Shown here piece by piece: positions 10,339-24,024 of a DNA stretch of 64,000 bases. The stretch's first letter is position 1; every line of letters starts with the position of its first letter. The position numbers and the translations under genes were made by a program. The notes under the pieces are model-generated. The model was not told the origin of the DNA and did not search any database. It worked only from the letters and a program-made list of their open reading frames with translations. The stretch is taken from assembly GCA_963716255.1 (NCBI GenBank), contig OY970303.1, positions 960,001 to 1,024,000 on the forward strand, in the 5' to 3' direction. This stretch comes from an uncultured Gemmatimonadales bacterium (GTDB lineage Bacteria; Gemmatimonadota; Gemmatimonadetes; Longimicrobiales; Longimicrobiaceae).

Positions 10339-10724
10339 AGCCCCGCCTACACCGTTAACACGGCGGGCGGGGCTCTCTGCTGTTATACTTGTCTGGCGCT
10401 CGCGGGGCTCTTTGCCGCTCCTTTGGTGGCTTCCTAGCTACTGTGCGCCAAGTACATACTTCCGGAAGATTTTAAACCCACTGTTTCTCCTCTGGACCGG
10501 TGGCCGGGAAGCCTAGACTTTTTCAGCAACCTGCTATATCCCCCGTGCCGGGGGAGGGGCATGCCCGCGCTGCGCCGTCGCCATTGCCGTGTCGTGCTCC
10601 CCCTCTCCTCCTTGTGGGAGAGGGGGTCGGAGGGTGAGGGGTACCGCCGGGGCACACACGACGACGCCCCCGCCGGGAGGTCCCGGAGGGGGCGTCTTTC
10701 ATGTTCTTCGTACTTCGTTTCGCG

Positions 10725-10997
10725 TCAGGCGGCGACCTGCGTGGGGCAGACCAGCACGTTGGAGGCGGCGGCGAAGAAGGGCTTCGCGCCCACCACGTTC
10801 TTGAGCTTCAGCTCCAGCAGCCGGCTCCCGTCCCCCGTGCGGCCCAGCACCTTCACCACCTCCGCCACCCCGCCCACGCAGAATACCTCGTCTCCCGATT
10901 TCAGGAGCCGCTCCGCACCCGTCGGCCAGTCCGGGTGCGCTTCGCGGTTCACGTAAACGTCCTCCTCGCGAATCCGATTCGAACCGTTTCCGTTCAT
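10725..10997 (-). CDS. Hypothetical protein (90 aa)
   Basis: AAGGAG RBS before ATG; globular beta-rich composition, typical codon bias. Confidence 0.65.
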   Translation of the reverse strand: MNGNGSNRIREEDVYVNREAHPDWPTGAERLLKSGDEVFCVGGVAEVVKVLGRTGDGSRLLELKLKNVVGAKPFFAAASNVLVCPTQVAA

Positions 10998-11342
10998 GTC
11001 GGTACTCCTTTGTGTGGCGGCGCGGGGCCTGCCCGGTGCGGCAGGGTGCCCACCCGCGGGATGGTCGGTGGGCCGAGGGCGCGGGCCTCGTCGACGGCGG
11101 CGGCGCGGTGCCAAGCCCGTGCCGCGGCGACACTTCCCCGGAACGGCGAGGGAACGGGCCGACCGCGGCGCGCCTGGGGGCGTCCGCGGGGGGTCGTTCC
11201 GGGGGGAGCGCCCGTGGGCGCTCTCCGTATCACGGCGGCATACACCGGAGTTATAAAAAAGTTTCCCGGCGCGGGACGGGCGCTTTTCGCGCCCGCCGCC
11301 GTCCGGCCGCTCCGGCGAAGCCGCCCCCTGCCCTCACCGGGC

Positions 11343-11669
11343 TCAGGCGTGGAGCGGCTCCAGCCGGCCTTCCTTGCCCAGCACCAGCGCCTTCTCCGGG
11401 CCCCGGCTCAGCCGCGAGAGCCAGTGCCCGGCGCGGAGCTGCTCCAGCAGCTGCGGCGCGTCGAACAGCCCCATGGCCTCGTGCGTCACGTGCAGGAAGA
11501 GGTCGCCCCCGTCCGGGCCCGACTGGAAGCGCCACACGTGCCGCCCCCGCTCGTTCCGCTCGGCGGTGCGGACGGTGTCCCACTTGCGGCGCACCTGCCG
11601 CCGGATCGCGCCCCCCATCTCGTGCGCGACGCGGTCCAGCTTCTCCCGATCGTTTCCGTTCGCTTCCAT
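11343..11669 (-). CDS. Hypothetical protein (108 aa)
   Basis: GGAGG RBS before ATG (MEANGND); protein-like composition. Confidence 0.65.
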   Translation of the reverse strand: MEANGNDREKLDRVAHEMGGAIRRQVRRKWDTVRTAERNERGRHVWRFQSGPDGGDLFLHVTHEAMGLFDAPQLLEQLRAGHWLSRLSRGPEKALVLGKEGRLEPLHA

Positions 11670-11849
11670 GCGCAACCTCCGGTCCGGGTGGGGCGCGGGT
11701 CGCGCGCCCCACGGACGTAGCCGGCGGCACGGACTGCGCCGCCGGGCTGAACGAGCGTAGGAATACCGCTCAGGTGCTTGATACCCCGCCAATCCGATTT
11801 CGGCCACTCGGTGTCGGAAAGGACGGGAAAAAGAATGGGGGGAGGGTGC

Positions 11850-11976
11850 GGGCGTGCCCCCGGCTGGCGCCGGGGTCGGGCTGCGGCTCCGTAACGCAGC
11901 AAACAACGCTGCGTAACGGAGGCGAGCCCCGGAAACTGCCCCGGGTCTCGCCGCTTCGCGCTCGCATCCCTCACGC
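11850..11976 (+). repeat. ~130-bp multi-hairpin repeat, copy 2
   Basis: Same consensus; central stem ACGCAGC/GCTGCGT. Confidence 0.9.
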
Positions 11977-12264
11977 AAGCATCGCGCTGGCGTCCGCCAG
12001 GTGGGCCCCCTCACCCCCCGGCCCCCTCCCCCGCGAGGGGGGAGGGGGAGCACGACACACCCGGAGTCGAGGGTCGGGAAGCCCTCCCCCAGAATGGCGC
12101 TTCACGCTTTGCGTGAACCGTATGAAGGGGGAGGGTGGCGAGCCTCGAGCGAGCCGGGTGGGGGCGGCGGACGCCAGCGCGAGACCTTCTGCGCGCACGG
12201 GAAAAGCCCCTCCCCTGCTTGCGGGGGATTGGAGGGGGCAAGCCGTGGGGAGGGGGCCGCCGTC

Positions 12265-12396
12265 GCGTGAGGGATTCCGGCCCGAAGGGGCGAGACCCCG
12301 CGGGCAGTTTCGCGGGGGCTCGACTCCGTTACGCACGGTTGTTTCGTGCGTTACGGAGCCGAAGCCCGACCCCCGCGCCCCGCGGGGGGCACGCCC
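12265..12396 (-). repeat. ~130-bp multi-hairpin repeat, copy 3
   Basis: Same consensus on minus strand; central stem ACGCACG/CGTGCGT. Confidence 0.9.
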
Positions 12397-12408
12397 GACT
12401 CCTGCCGT

Positions 12409-16812
<4,404 letters not shown>

Positions 16813-16961
16813 CGGGCGTCGGTCGGGGTGTGCGGCCGCGGCCGCGGGCCGGGGACGCGGGGCGGTTTGCAGGAAGCACGCCGTGCCCGCTTCTTGCTGT
16901 GCGGGGGCCGCTCTCCGCGGCGGCGCGGAGACCAACGTCCACGAACGTGCCGGGAGCAAAC

Positions 16962-19856
16962 GTGTCGGACCAGACCGCGAAGCGCCACCCGGGGGCCGGG
17001 CGCGTCCCCGTATCCACCTACCGCCTGCAGCTCAACCACCTGTTCACCTTCTGCGACGCGGCGGACGTGGTCCCGTACCTGGCGGAGCTGGGAATCTCGG
17101 ACCTGTACGCCTCGCCGTACCTGCAGGCGCGGCCGGGGAGCATGCACGGCTACGACATCACCAACCACGAACGGCTCAACCCGGAGATCGGCACGGAGGA
17201 GGAGCACGGGCGGATGACGTCGCTCCTTCGCGAGCACGGGATGGGGCACCTGCTGGACATCGTCCCCAACCACATGGGGATCGCGGGCGGCTCCAACCCG
17301 TGGTGGAACGACGTCCTGGAGAACGGCCCCAGCTCGCCGTACTCGGTCTTCTTCGACATCGACTGGAAGCCGTACAAGACGGAGCTGGAGGGCAAGGTGC
17401 TCCTCCCGGTGCTGGGCGGGCAGTACGGCGAGGTGCTGGAAAAGGGCGAGCTGAAGCTGGCGTACGAGGAGGGCCGTTTCTACATCGACTACTACGAGAC
17501 CCGCTTTCCCTGCGCCCCCGGCCCCACCGCGGCGGTGCTGCGCCTGGCGCTGGAGCGGCTGGAGGGGCTGGACGACGACGCCCCGGACCGGATGGAGCTG
17601 GAAAGCATCGTCACGGCGCTGGAGCGGCTCCCCGCGCGCCGCCGCACGGACGAGGAGAGCGTGGCGGAGCGCCGCCGCGAGAAGACGGTGACGCAGCGCC
17701 GGCTGGGAGCGCTGTACGGCGCCTCGGCGGAGGCGCGCCGGGCGCTGGACCGGGCGGTGGCGGAGTACAACGGCACGCCGGGAGATGCGCACTCCTTCGA
17801 CCGGCTGGACGCGCTGCTGGAGGACCAGGCGTACCGTCTGGCGTTCTGGAGGGTGGCGGCGGAGGAGATCAACTACCGCCGCTTCTTCGACGTCAACGAC
17901 CTGGCGGGGGTGCGGGTGGAGCGCGGCGAGGTGTTCCAGGCCACGCACCGGCTGATCCTACGCCTGGTGCGCGAGGAAAAGGTGACGGGGCTGCGCGTCG
18001 ACCACCCGGACGGCCTGTTCCACCCGCGCGACTACCTGCGCGACCTGCAGGTGCAGACGGTGGGGCTGGACGGCGAGGAGCCCTTCTACGTGCTGGTGGA
18101 GAAGATCCTCACGGGCGAGGAAACGCTCCCGGAGGACTGGCCGGTGGCGGGGACGGTGGGCTACGAGTTCATGAACCGGGTGGGCGGGCTGTTCGTGGCG
18201 CGCGGGAGCGAGGCCGCCATGGACCTGATCTTCCGGCGCTTCGCGCGCGAGCGGATCGGCTTCGCGGACCTGGTCTACGACAAGAAGCGGGTGATCCTGG
18301 ACACGTCGCTGGTGAGCGAGCTCACGGTGCTCACCAGCATGCTGGGGCGCATCTCGGAGCGGAACCGCCGCTCGCGCGACTTCACCCCGGGGCTGCTGCA
18401 CGACGCGCTGCGCGAGGTGGTGGCCTGCTTCCCGGTGTACCGCACCTACATAGACGCCTTCGCGGGCGAGGTGTCGGAGCGCGACCGGGGCTACGTGGAG
18501 CACGCGGTGCGGCTGGCGCGGCGCCGCAACCCGGGGATGAGCCGGTCGCTCTTCGAGTTCGTGCGGAGCGTGCTGCTGCTGCGCTGGCCGGACGGCCTGG
18601 ACGCGGAGGCGCGCGACGAGCACGCCCGCTTCGTGATGAAGTTCCAGCAGCTCACCGGCCCGGTGATGGCGAAGGGGGTGGAGGACACTTCGTTCTACAT
18701 CTTCAACCGCCTGGTGTCGCTCAACGAGGTGGGCGGCGAGCCGGACCGCTTCGGCGTGGCGCCGGAGGAGCTGCACGCCTGGCTGGGGGAGCGCGCGGAG
18801 CGCTGGCCGCACGCACTCTCGGCGTCGTCCACGCACGACACCAAGCGGAGCGAGGACGTGCGGGCCCGCATCGCGGTGCTCTCGGAGGTGCCGGAGCTGT
18901 GGGAGGCGCACGTGACGGGGTGGGCGGAGCTGAACCGCGCCCACAAGCGCGACGACGAGGGCCGCCCCGTCCCGGACGCGGGCGACGAGTACCTGCTCTA
19001 CCAGACGCTGGTGGGGGCGTGGCCGCTGGGCGACGCGGAGGACCCGGCGCACCGGGACTTCGCCGCGCGGGTGCAGGGCTACATGGAGAAGGCCACGCGC
19101 GAGGCCAAGGAGCACACCAGCTGGATCGAGCCGAACGCGGCCTACGACGCGGGCCTGGGTGAGTTCGTGGCGGCGATCCTGGACCGCGGCGGGAACGCGG
19201 CCTTCCTGGACGACCTGGCCCGCCTGCACCCGCTGGTGGCGCGCATGGGGATGGTGAACTCGCTGGCGCAGACGCTGGTGAAGCTGGCGGCGCCGGGGGT
19301 GCCGGACGTGTACCAGGGCCAGGAGCTGTGGGACTTCTCGCTGGTGGACCCGGACAACCGCCGCCCGGTGGACTACGCGCTGCGCCGCGGCCTGCTGCGG
19401 GAGCTGCGGGTGGCGATGGAGGGCGGCGACCCGCGGGCCCTGGCCCGCGACCTGGTGGACGGGTGGGAGGACGGTCGCATCAAGATGTACCTGACGCACC
19501 GCGCGCTCGCGCTGCGGGCCGCCCTCCCCGGGCTGTTCCGCGACGGCGAGTACCTGCCGCTGGCCCCGGCCGGCGAGCGCGCGGAGCACGTGTTCGCCTT
19601 CGCGCGGCGAGGCGGCGGCGCGGAGGTGGTGGCGGTGGTCCCGCGCCTGGTGGCGACGCTGATGCGCGACCGCGGCTTCGCGCTGCCCGCGGCGGAGGAC
19701 TGGCGCGGCACGCGGATCACCGGCGGCGGCGGGGTGCTGGCGGGCCGCTGGCGCAACGTGCTCACCGGCGAGGAGCTGGATGGGGGGACGGAGGGGGAGC
19801 TGGCGGTGGACGAGCTGCTGGGGAGCTTCCCGGTGGCGCTGCTGGAACGGAACTGA
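16962..19856 (+). CDS. treY: Malto-oligosyltrehalose synthase
   Basis: [72 protein letters not shown] start after GGGAG. Confidence 0.95.
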   Translation: MSDQTAKRHPGAGRVPVSTYRLQLNHLFTFCDAADVVPYLAELGISDLYASPYLQARPGSMHGYDITNHERLNPEIGTEEEHGRMTSLLREHGMGHLLDIVPNHMGIAGGSNPWWNDVLENGPSSPYSVFFDIDWKPYKTELEGKVLLPVLGGQYGEVLEKGELKLAYEEGRFYIDYYETRFPCAPGPTAAVLRLALERLEGLDDDAPDRMELESIVTALERLPARRRTDEESVAERRREKTVTQRRLGALYGASAEARRALDRAVAEYNGTPGDAHSFDRLDALLEDQAYRLAFWRVAAEEINYRRFFDVNDLAGVRVERGEVFQATHRLILRLVREEKVTGLRVDHPDGLFHPRDYLRDLQVQTVGLDGEEPFYVLVEKILTGEETLPEDWPVAGTVGYEFMNRVGGLFVARGSEAAMDLIFRRFARERIGFADLVYDKKRVILDTSLVSELTVLTSMLGRISERNRRSRDFTPGLLHDALREVVACFPVYRTYIDAFAGEVSERDRGYVEHAVRLARRRNPGMSRSLFEFVRSVLLLRWPDGLDAEARDEHARFVMKFQQLTGPVMAKGVEDTSFYIFNRLVSLNEVGGEPDRFGVAPEELHAWLGERAERWPHALSASSTHDTKRSEDVRARIAVLSEVPELWEAHVTGWAELNRAHKRDDEGRPVPDAGDEYLLYQTLVGAWPLGDAEDPAHRDFAARVQGYMEKATREAKEHTSWIEPNAAYDAGLGEFVAAILDRGGNAAFLDDLARLHPLVARMGMVNSLAQTLVKLAAPGVPDVYQGQELWDFSLVDPDNRRPVDYALRRGLLRELRVAMEGGDPRALARDLVDGWEDGRIKMYLTHRALALRAALPGLFRDGEYLPLAPAGERAEHVFAFARRGGGAEVVAVVPRLVATLMRDRGFALPAAEDWRGTRITGGGGVLAGRWRNVLTGEELDGGTEGELAVDELLGSFPVALLERN

Positions 19857-20133
19857 AGTGCGGGAGTGCGGGAGTGTGCCGTCGCAGGGCCCTCACCCGG
19901 CTCGCTTGAGGCTCGCCACCCTCTCCTTTCATCCGGTTCACGCGAAGCGTGAAGCGCCATTCTGGAAGAGGGGGCAACGGAGCCCCCCATCCCCCCGGCC
20001 CCCTTCCCCCGCAAGCGAGGGAAGGGGGAGCACAACGGATCGTGCAGTCGTCCCCTCCCTCGCTTGCGGGGGAGGGGTGGCGCGCAGCGCCGGGGTGGGG
20101 GGCCCCTGCGGACGCCAGCGCGATGCGATCCCC

Positions 20134-20262
20134 GCGTGAGGGATTACGGCCCGAAGGGGCGAGACCGCGCGGCTGTTTGCGCGGGCTCGACTCCGTTAGC
20201 CCGCGTCGTTTGCGGGCTTACGGAGCCGAAGCCCGACCCCGGCGCCAGCCGGGGGCACGCCC
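20134..20262 (-). repeat. ~130-bp multi-hairpin repeat, copy 4
   Basis: Central stem AGCCCGC/GCGGGCT. Confidence 0.9.
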
Positions 20263-20273
20263 GAACCCGCAGG

Positions 20274-20822
20274 TCAGGCCGTCCCGAACACTCGCTCGCC
20301 GCCCAGCGCGTGCGTGCGGATCCGCGCCAGCTCCAGCTCCAGCGCGGCGAGCCTTTCACGGAGCAGAGCGGAACGACGCCGCTCGGTGAGCAGGTACACG
20401 GCGGTCCCGGAGAGCCCGGTGCCCAGCCCCGCGGCCACCAGCCACCCGAACTGGAGCGGCTGGTGAAAGGCGTGGTGCGTGAGGAGGAGCGCGGCGAACC
20501 CGGCCGCGGCCACCCACCCGCTGGCGGCCCCGAACCGCGCGGATCGCCGGCGGCCGGCTTCCGCGGCGACGGGGGACGGGGACGGAGCCGCGCCCTCCAC
20601 CCGCCCGAGCACCCGGTCGCGGACCTCCTCCGACCGCCACGCTTCCAGCGGGCGCGGGGGCGGCAGGTACAGCACGGCCAGGAGCGCGTCCTGCACGCCC
20701 GCGAGCGCGAGCGCGCACTCGTCGCACGTCTGCACGTGGGCGAGCAGCGCGTCCCGGTCCGGGCCCGCGAGCGCGCCGAGGACCGCCTGCACCTGCCTGT
20801 GCTCCCGATCGAATCCGCTCAC
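20274..20822 (-). CDS. Putative zinc-finger anti-sigma factor with two TM helices
   Basis: GTGA overlap with the sigma gene; LGAL...HVQTCDEC ZAS-like motif; two hydrophobic segments. Confidence 0.7.
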   Translation of the reverse strand: MSGFDREHRQVQAVLGALAGPDRDALLAHVQTCDECALALAGVQDALLAVLYLPPPRPLEAWRSEEVRDRVLGRVEGAAPSPSPVAAEAGRRRSARFGAASGWVAAAGFAALLLTHHAFHQPLQFGWLVAAGLGTGLSGTAVYLLTERRRSALLRERLAALELELARIRTHALGGERVFGTA

Positions 20823-21499
20823 GAAGGTACCTCTCGCAGGACGGACAGCCCGTCCCTGAGCTTCTGGAAGGCGAGCCGGACCCGCGTCTTGACGGTGCCC
20901 AGCGGCTGGCCGGTGTGGGCGGCGATCTCCGTCTGGCTCATGCCGCGGAAGTACGCGAGCTCCACCGTCTCGCGCTGGTCCGCGGGGAGCGCGCGAAGGG
21001 CGCGCGCCACGATGGCGCTGCGCTCGGACGACTCGGCGCCGCGCAGCGGGTCGCCCGAGGGATCGGCGGGGAGGGCGGCGAGCTCGGCGGCGCCCGCCGG
21101 CGACCCGTTCTCGCGGAAGCGGCGCCTCAGGCGGACGCGGTCCAGGGCGCGGCTCCGGGCGATCATCGCCAGCCAGGTGGACACGGCGGCGCGCCCCTCC
21201 CGGTAGTCGCCGGCCTGGCGCCACGCCTGCCAGAAGACCTCCTCCACCACCTCGGCCGCGTCGTCGGCGTCGGTGACCACGTGCACGGCCACGGAGTGCA
21301 CCAGCGTGCTCCAGCGGTCGTACAGGGCCGCCAGCGCGGCCTCCTCCCCCCCGGCCATGCGGCGCAGCAGCTCGTGGTCACGGCTCTCCGGAGTCGGAGA
21401 GAGGAGGGACGACGCGGTCCCGCGCCCGTCGCGCTCCGGGGCGCCCACGAAGGGGAGCCCGGCGGAGCCGGACGGGCGGGGGGTTGTGGCTGGATCCAT
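20819..21499 (-). CDS. ECF RNA polymerase sigma factor (SigK-like)
   Basis: ALAALYDR, AAEVVEEVFWQAW, WL..IARSRALD, LAYFRGMSQTEIA..TG.PLGTVKTRVR. Confidence 0.92.
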   Translation of the reverse strand: MDPATTPRPSGSAGLPFVGAPERDGRGTASSLLSPTPESRDHELLRRMAGGEEAALAALYDRWSTLVHSVAVHVVTDADDAAEVVEEVFWQAWRQAGDYREGRAAVSTWLAMIARSRALDRVRLRRRFRENGSPAGAAELAALPADPSGDPLRGAESSERSAIVARALRALPADQRETVELAYFRGMSQTEIAAHTGQPLGTVKTRVRLAFQKLRDGLSVLREVPS

Positions 21500-21626
21500 G
21501 AATGTCGGCGCTTTCAGGAGGCCCGGACAAAGATGGGACAAACCCTCCGCAAACGCCGCACCACGAGCGTGCGACAGATCCGGCGAACATGCGGGATTTG
21601 TCGCCGCGCCCGTCCCCGCTCCGCGA

Positions 21627-22466
21627 TCAGGTGGAGAACGCCCCGGAAACCACCACTTCGCCCGTGGGACCGGGGACGCCGCCCACGGGCTCTTCGGTGA
21701 CCGCGATGGCGCGGAGCGAGCCGGGCGGCAGGTCGTAGCAGGCGCTGACCTGGGCGGACCCGCCGGGGCCGGGGCGGAAGGTGCCGGCGCTCAGCGGCCC
21801 CGCCGGGGTCACCAGCCAGAGCTGGTACTCGCGCCCCTCGCGCACCGGGGGGAGGTCGCGGGCGAAGAAGGTCCAGGTGCCGCTCGCCGGGTTCCAGAAC
21901 ATGCGCCCGGAGGGGGCCCGCCGCTCCGGCGAGGCCACGTCGATCACCCGCACGCCGGGCGCGGACAGCTCGGCGAGGGTGCCGTCGCGGCGCAGCAGCT
22001 CGCCGCGGAGCGCTTTGCGCTCGGTCTGCGCGGCGGCCAGGCGGCCGCGCAGCGCCTCCACGCGGCGCGACAGCGAGGCGGCGTAGACGCCGGCGCCCAG
22101 GAGCAGCGCCACGGCCGCCGCGGCGGCCCACCACCCGGCGCTCCGCGCCCGGGAGGCGGGGGCGGGGTCGCGGCGCAGGGGGATCGGCGGCGGGCCGGGC
22201 GTGCCCTCCCGCGGGCGGGCGTCGGCGGCGGCGCGGGCCACCAGCCGCGCCCGGACCCGCGCCGAGCGGTCGGGGTCCAGCGCGACGGCGGGGGCGGCGA
22301 AGGCCAGCTCGCCGGCGGTGGCCCGCATGTCGGCCAGCTCCCGCGCGCATTCCCCGCACCCGGCCAGGTGGGCCAGGAGCGATTCGCGCTCGGGGCCGAG
22401 CAGGGCGCCCAGCGCCTCGGCGGCGAGCGAGTCGCGCAGCTCGTCGTGCGTGGGTGTGCCGCTCAT
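21627..22466 (-). CDS. Anti-sigma factor (RskA-like)
   Basis: HLAGCGEC ZAS motif, one TM helix, C-terminal LPP...YQLW...SAGTF...IAVTEEP.GG...PTG domain; ATGA overlap with the sigma gene. Confidence 0.88.
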   Translation of the reverse strand: MSGTPTHDELRDSLAAEALGALLGPERESLLAHLAGCGECARELADMRATAGELAFAAPAVALDPDRSARVRARLVARAAADARPREGTPGPPPIPLRRDPAPASRARSAGWWAAAAAVALLLGAGVYAASLSRRVEALRGRLAAAQTERKALRGELLRRDGTLAELSAPGVRVIDVASPERRAPSGRMFWNPASGTWTFFARDLPPVREGREYQLWLVTPAGPLSAGTFRPGPGGSAQVSACYDLPPGSLRAIAVTEEPVGGVPGPTGEVVVSGAFST

Positions 22467-23125
22467 CGGGAATCCTCGCGGAGCAGGGTCAGACTGTCCC
22501 TCAGCTTCTGCAGGGCGAGGCGCATGCGCGTCTTCACGGTTCCGAGGGGCTGGCCGGTTCGTTCGGCGATCTCCGTCTGGCTCAGGCCCCCGTAGTAGGC
22601 CAGCTCCAGGGCTTCGCGCTGCTCCACGGGAAGGCGCAGCAGCGCCCCCCGCACCATCCCGCGCTCTTCCTCCGCCGCCGCGTGGTGCAGCGGATCGGGC
22701 GCGTCCGTCGCCGGCTCCGCGGCGAGCCGCGGCACCTCGTCCCACCCGTCCTCCCGCACCCGGCGGCGGTTCCGGGCCCGGTCCAGCGCCCGGCTGCGCG
22801 CCAGGGTGGCGAGCCACGCCCCCACCCTACCCCGGCTCCCCTCGTAGCGGTCCGCCTGGCGCCACGCCTGCCAGAAGGTTTCCTCCAGCACCTCCTCCGC
22901 GTCCTCGGCGGCGCCCCCCACCACGTGCAGGATCAGCGGGTGCAGCCGCGGCGACCACAGGTCGTAGAGCGCGCCCAGCGCGGTCTCGTCGCCCCGGCGC
23001 ATGCGCTCCAGGAGACGGCGCGACTCCTCCTCCGCGTCGCTCGCCCCGGCGCCGGGCGGAGGGCCGGGCGGCCCGGCGGACTCTCCCTGCGATGGGTACG
23101 GGGTGGGGCCGGTCTGCGGATTCAT
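22463..23125 (-). CDS. ECF RNA polymerase sigma factor (SigK-like), second paralog
   Basis: ALGALYD, DAEEVLEETFWQAW, ARSRALD, LAYYGGLSQTEIA..TG.PLGTVKTRMR. Confidence 0.92.
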   Translation of the reverse strand: MNPQTGPTPYPSQGESAGPPGPPPGAGASDAEEESRRLLERMRRGDETALGALYDLWSPRLHPLILHVVGGAAEDAEEVLEETFWQAWRQADRYEGSRGRVGAWLATLARSRALDRARNRRRVREDGWDEVPRLAAEPATDAPDPLHHAAAEEERGMVRGALLRLPVEQREALELAYYGGLSQTEIAERTGQPLGTVKTRMRLALQKLRDSLTLLREDSR

Positions 23126-23191
23126 GCGCGGCTCGGTGTGGCGGTGGGCGCGCAATGTAGGGTTCTTCCCGGCGTCGCGGCAACCCGGGAG

Positions 23192-23219
23192 AGATCCGGG
23201 AGGGCGCCGCCGAGCGTAC
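23192..23219 (+). promoter_or_regulatory. Putative ECF promoter AGATCC-N17-CGTAC
   Basis: Identical motif and spacing also upstream of the DUF4331 operon (31590-31617, minus). Confidence 0.5.
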
Positions 23220-23269
23220 CTGTCTGCGTGTGCCGGGCGCCGCCCGGCCGGTTCCCTTTCCGGATCGTG

Positions 23270-23821
23270 ATGAGCTCCACGCCGCGCCGAGCCGCGCGAG
23301 GGAAGTCGCCTCGCGGCACCGGGACGCGCCGCCCGACGCGGCGGCGCGCTCCGTGGTTCGCGCTGCTCGCGCTGGCGGCGGCCTACGCCTGCCTGCTGGG
23401 GATCTCGCCCGTGGGGCAGGCCGGGCTCCTGTGGCTGCACCTGTCGGCGGAGCACGGCGGGAGCGCGCCCCACGCCGCCGCGGAGCACCGGCACGACGGC
23501 GGAACCGCCCACCGGCACGCCGCCGCGGACCCCGACCGCGGGCCCGACTCCGGCCCCGGCCACGAGAGCGACGGGGACGCGGGCCGGCCCGTCGCGCCGA
23601 ACGCGCCCCACGAGCACCACGGCAGGCTCCACACCCACGACCGGTCGCCGGTGGAGGATCCCACCGTGCCGGTGGACGCGCTCTCCAAGTACTACCTCCC
23701 CGCAGATCCCACGGCCCCACGTCCGCCTGCGCGGGACCCGGCGGTGGCGCCGGCCGCCGCGCCCGCGCCGTCCCCGACCGCTCCCAGGATCGACACTCCC
23801 CCTCCACGCCGGCCGGGCTGA
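23270..23821 (+). CDS. His-rich exported/membrane protein with C-terminal polyproline (DUF2946-like leader)
   Basis: Hydrophobic N-terminal segment, HRHDGGTAHRH and HEHHGRLHTH tracts, ends IDTPPPRRPG; directly upstream of a TonB-dependent receptor. Confidence 0.6.
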   Translation: MSSTPRRAARGKSPRGTGTRRPTRRRAPWFALLALAAAYACLLGISPVGQAGLLWLHLSAEHGGSAPHAAAEHRHDGGTAHRHAAADPDRGPDSGPGHESDGDAGRPVAPNAPHEHHGRLHTHDRSPVEDPTVPVDALSKYYLPADPTAPRPPARDPAVAPAAAPAPSPTAPRIDTPPPRRPG

Positions 23822-24024
23822 CCCTTTCGGCATCGGCATTCCGGTCCCCCGGGCGCTCGCGCGCGGCGGGCCGGGCACGGGCTGCCCCGCGCGGACCCGG
23901 AATCCGGCAGCGCCCCCCACCCGCCCGCGCCCTCGCGGCGCGGCGGAGGGTGCGCGCCGGGGCCCGGCGCGCGTCCCGGCACCCCGCATCCAACGGCACA
24001 CCTACGGGGGAGTCCAGGAACACC

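Larger units (their letters stand above)
4514..10464 (+). mobile_element. IS1595-family passenger-carrying transposon (5951 bp)
   Basis: 32-bp TIRs CGGAAGTATGTACTTG(A/G)CGCACA(A/G)TAGCTAGG at 4514-4545 and 10433-10464 (2 mismatches); 8-bp TSD GAAGATTT at 4506-4513 and 10465-10472; transposase at left end; cargo lower in GC. Confidence 0.95.
4385..10533. mobile_element. MITE (~190 bp when empty; IS5/IS1182-like ends) interrupted by an IS1595 transposon
   Basis: Perfect 18-bp TIR CAGGTTGCTGAAAAAGTC at 4385-4402, its reverse complement at 10516-10533, and a CTAT direct repeat at 4381-4384 and 10534-10537; no transposase of its own. Confidence 0.85.
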
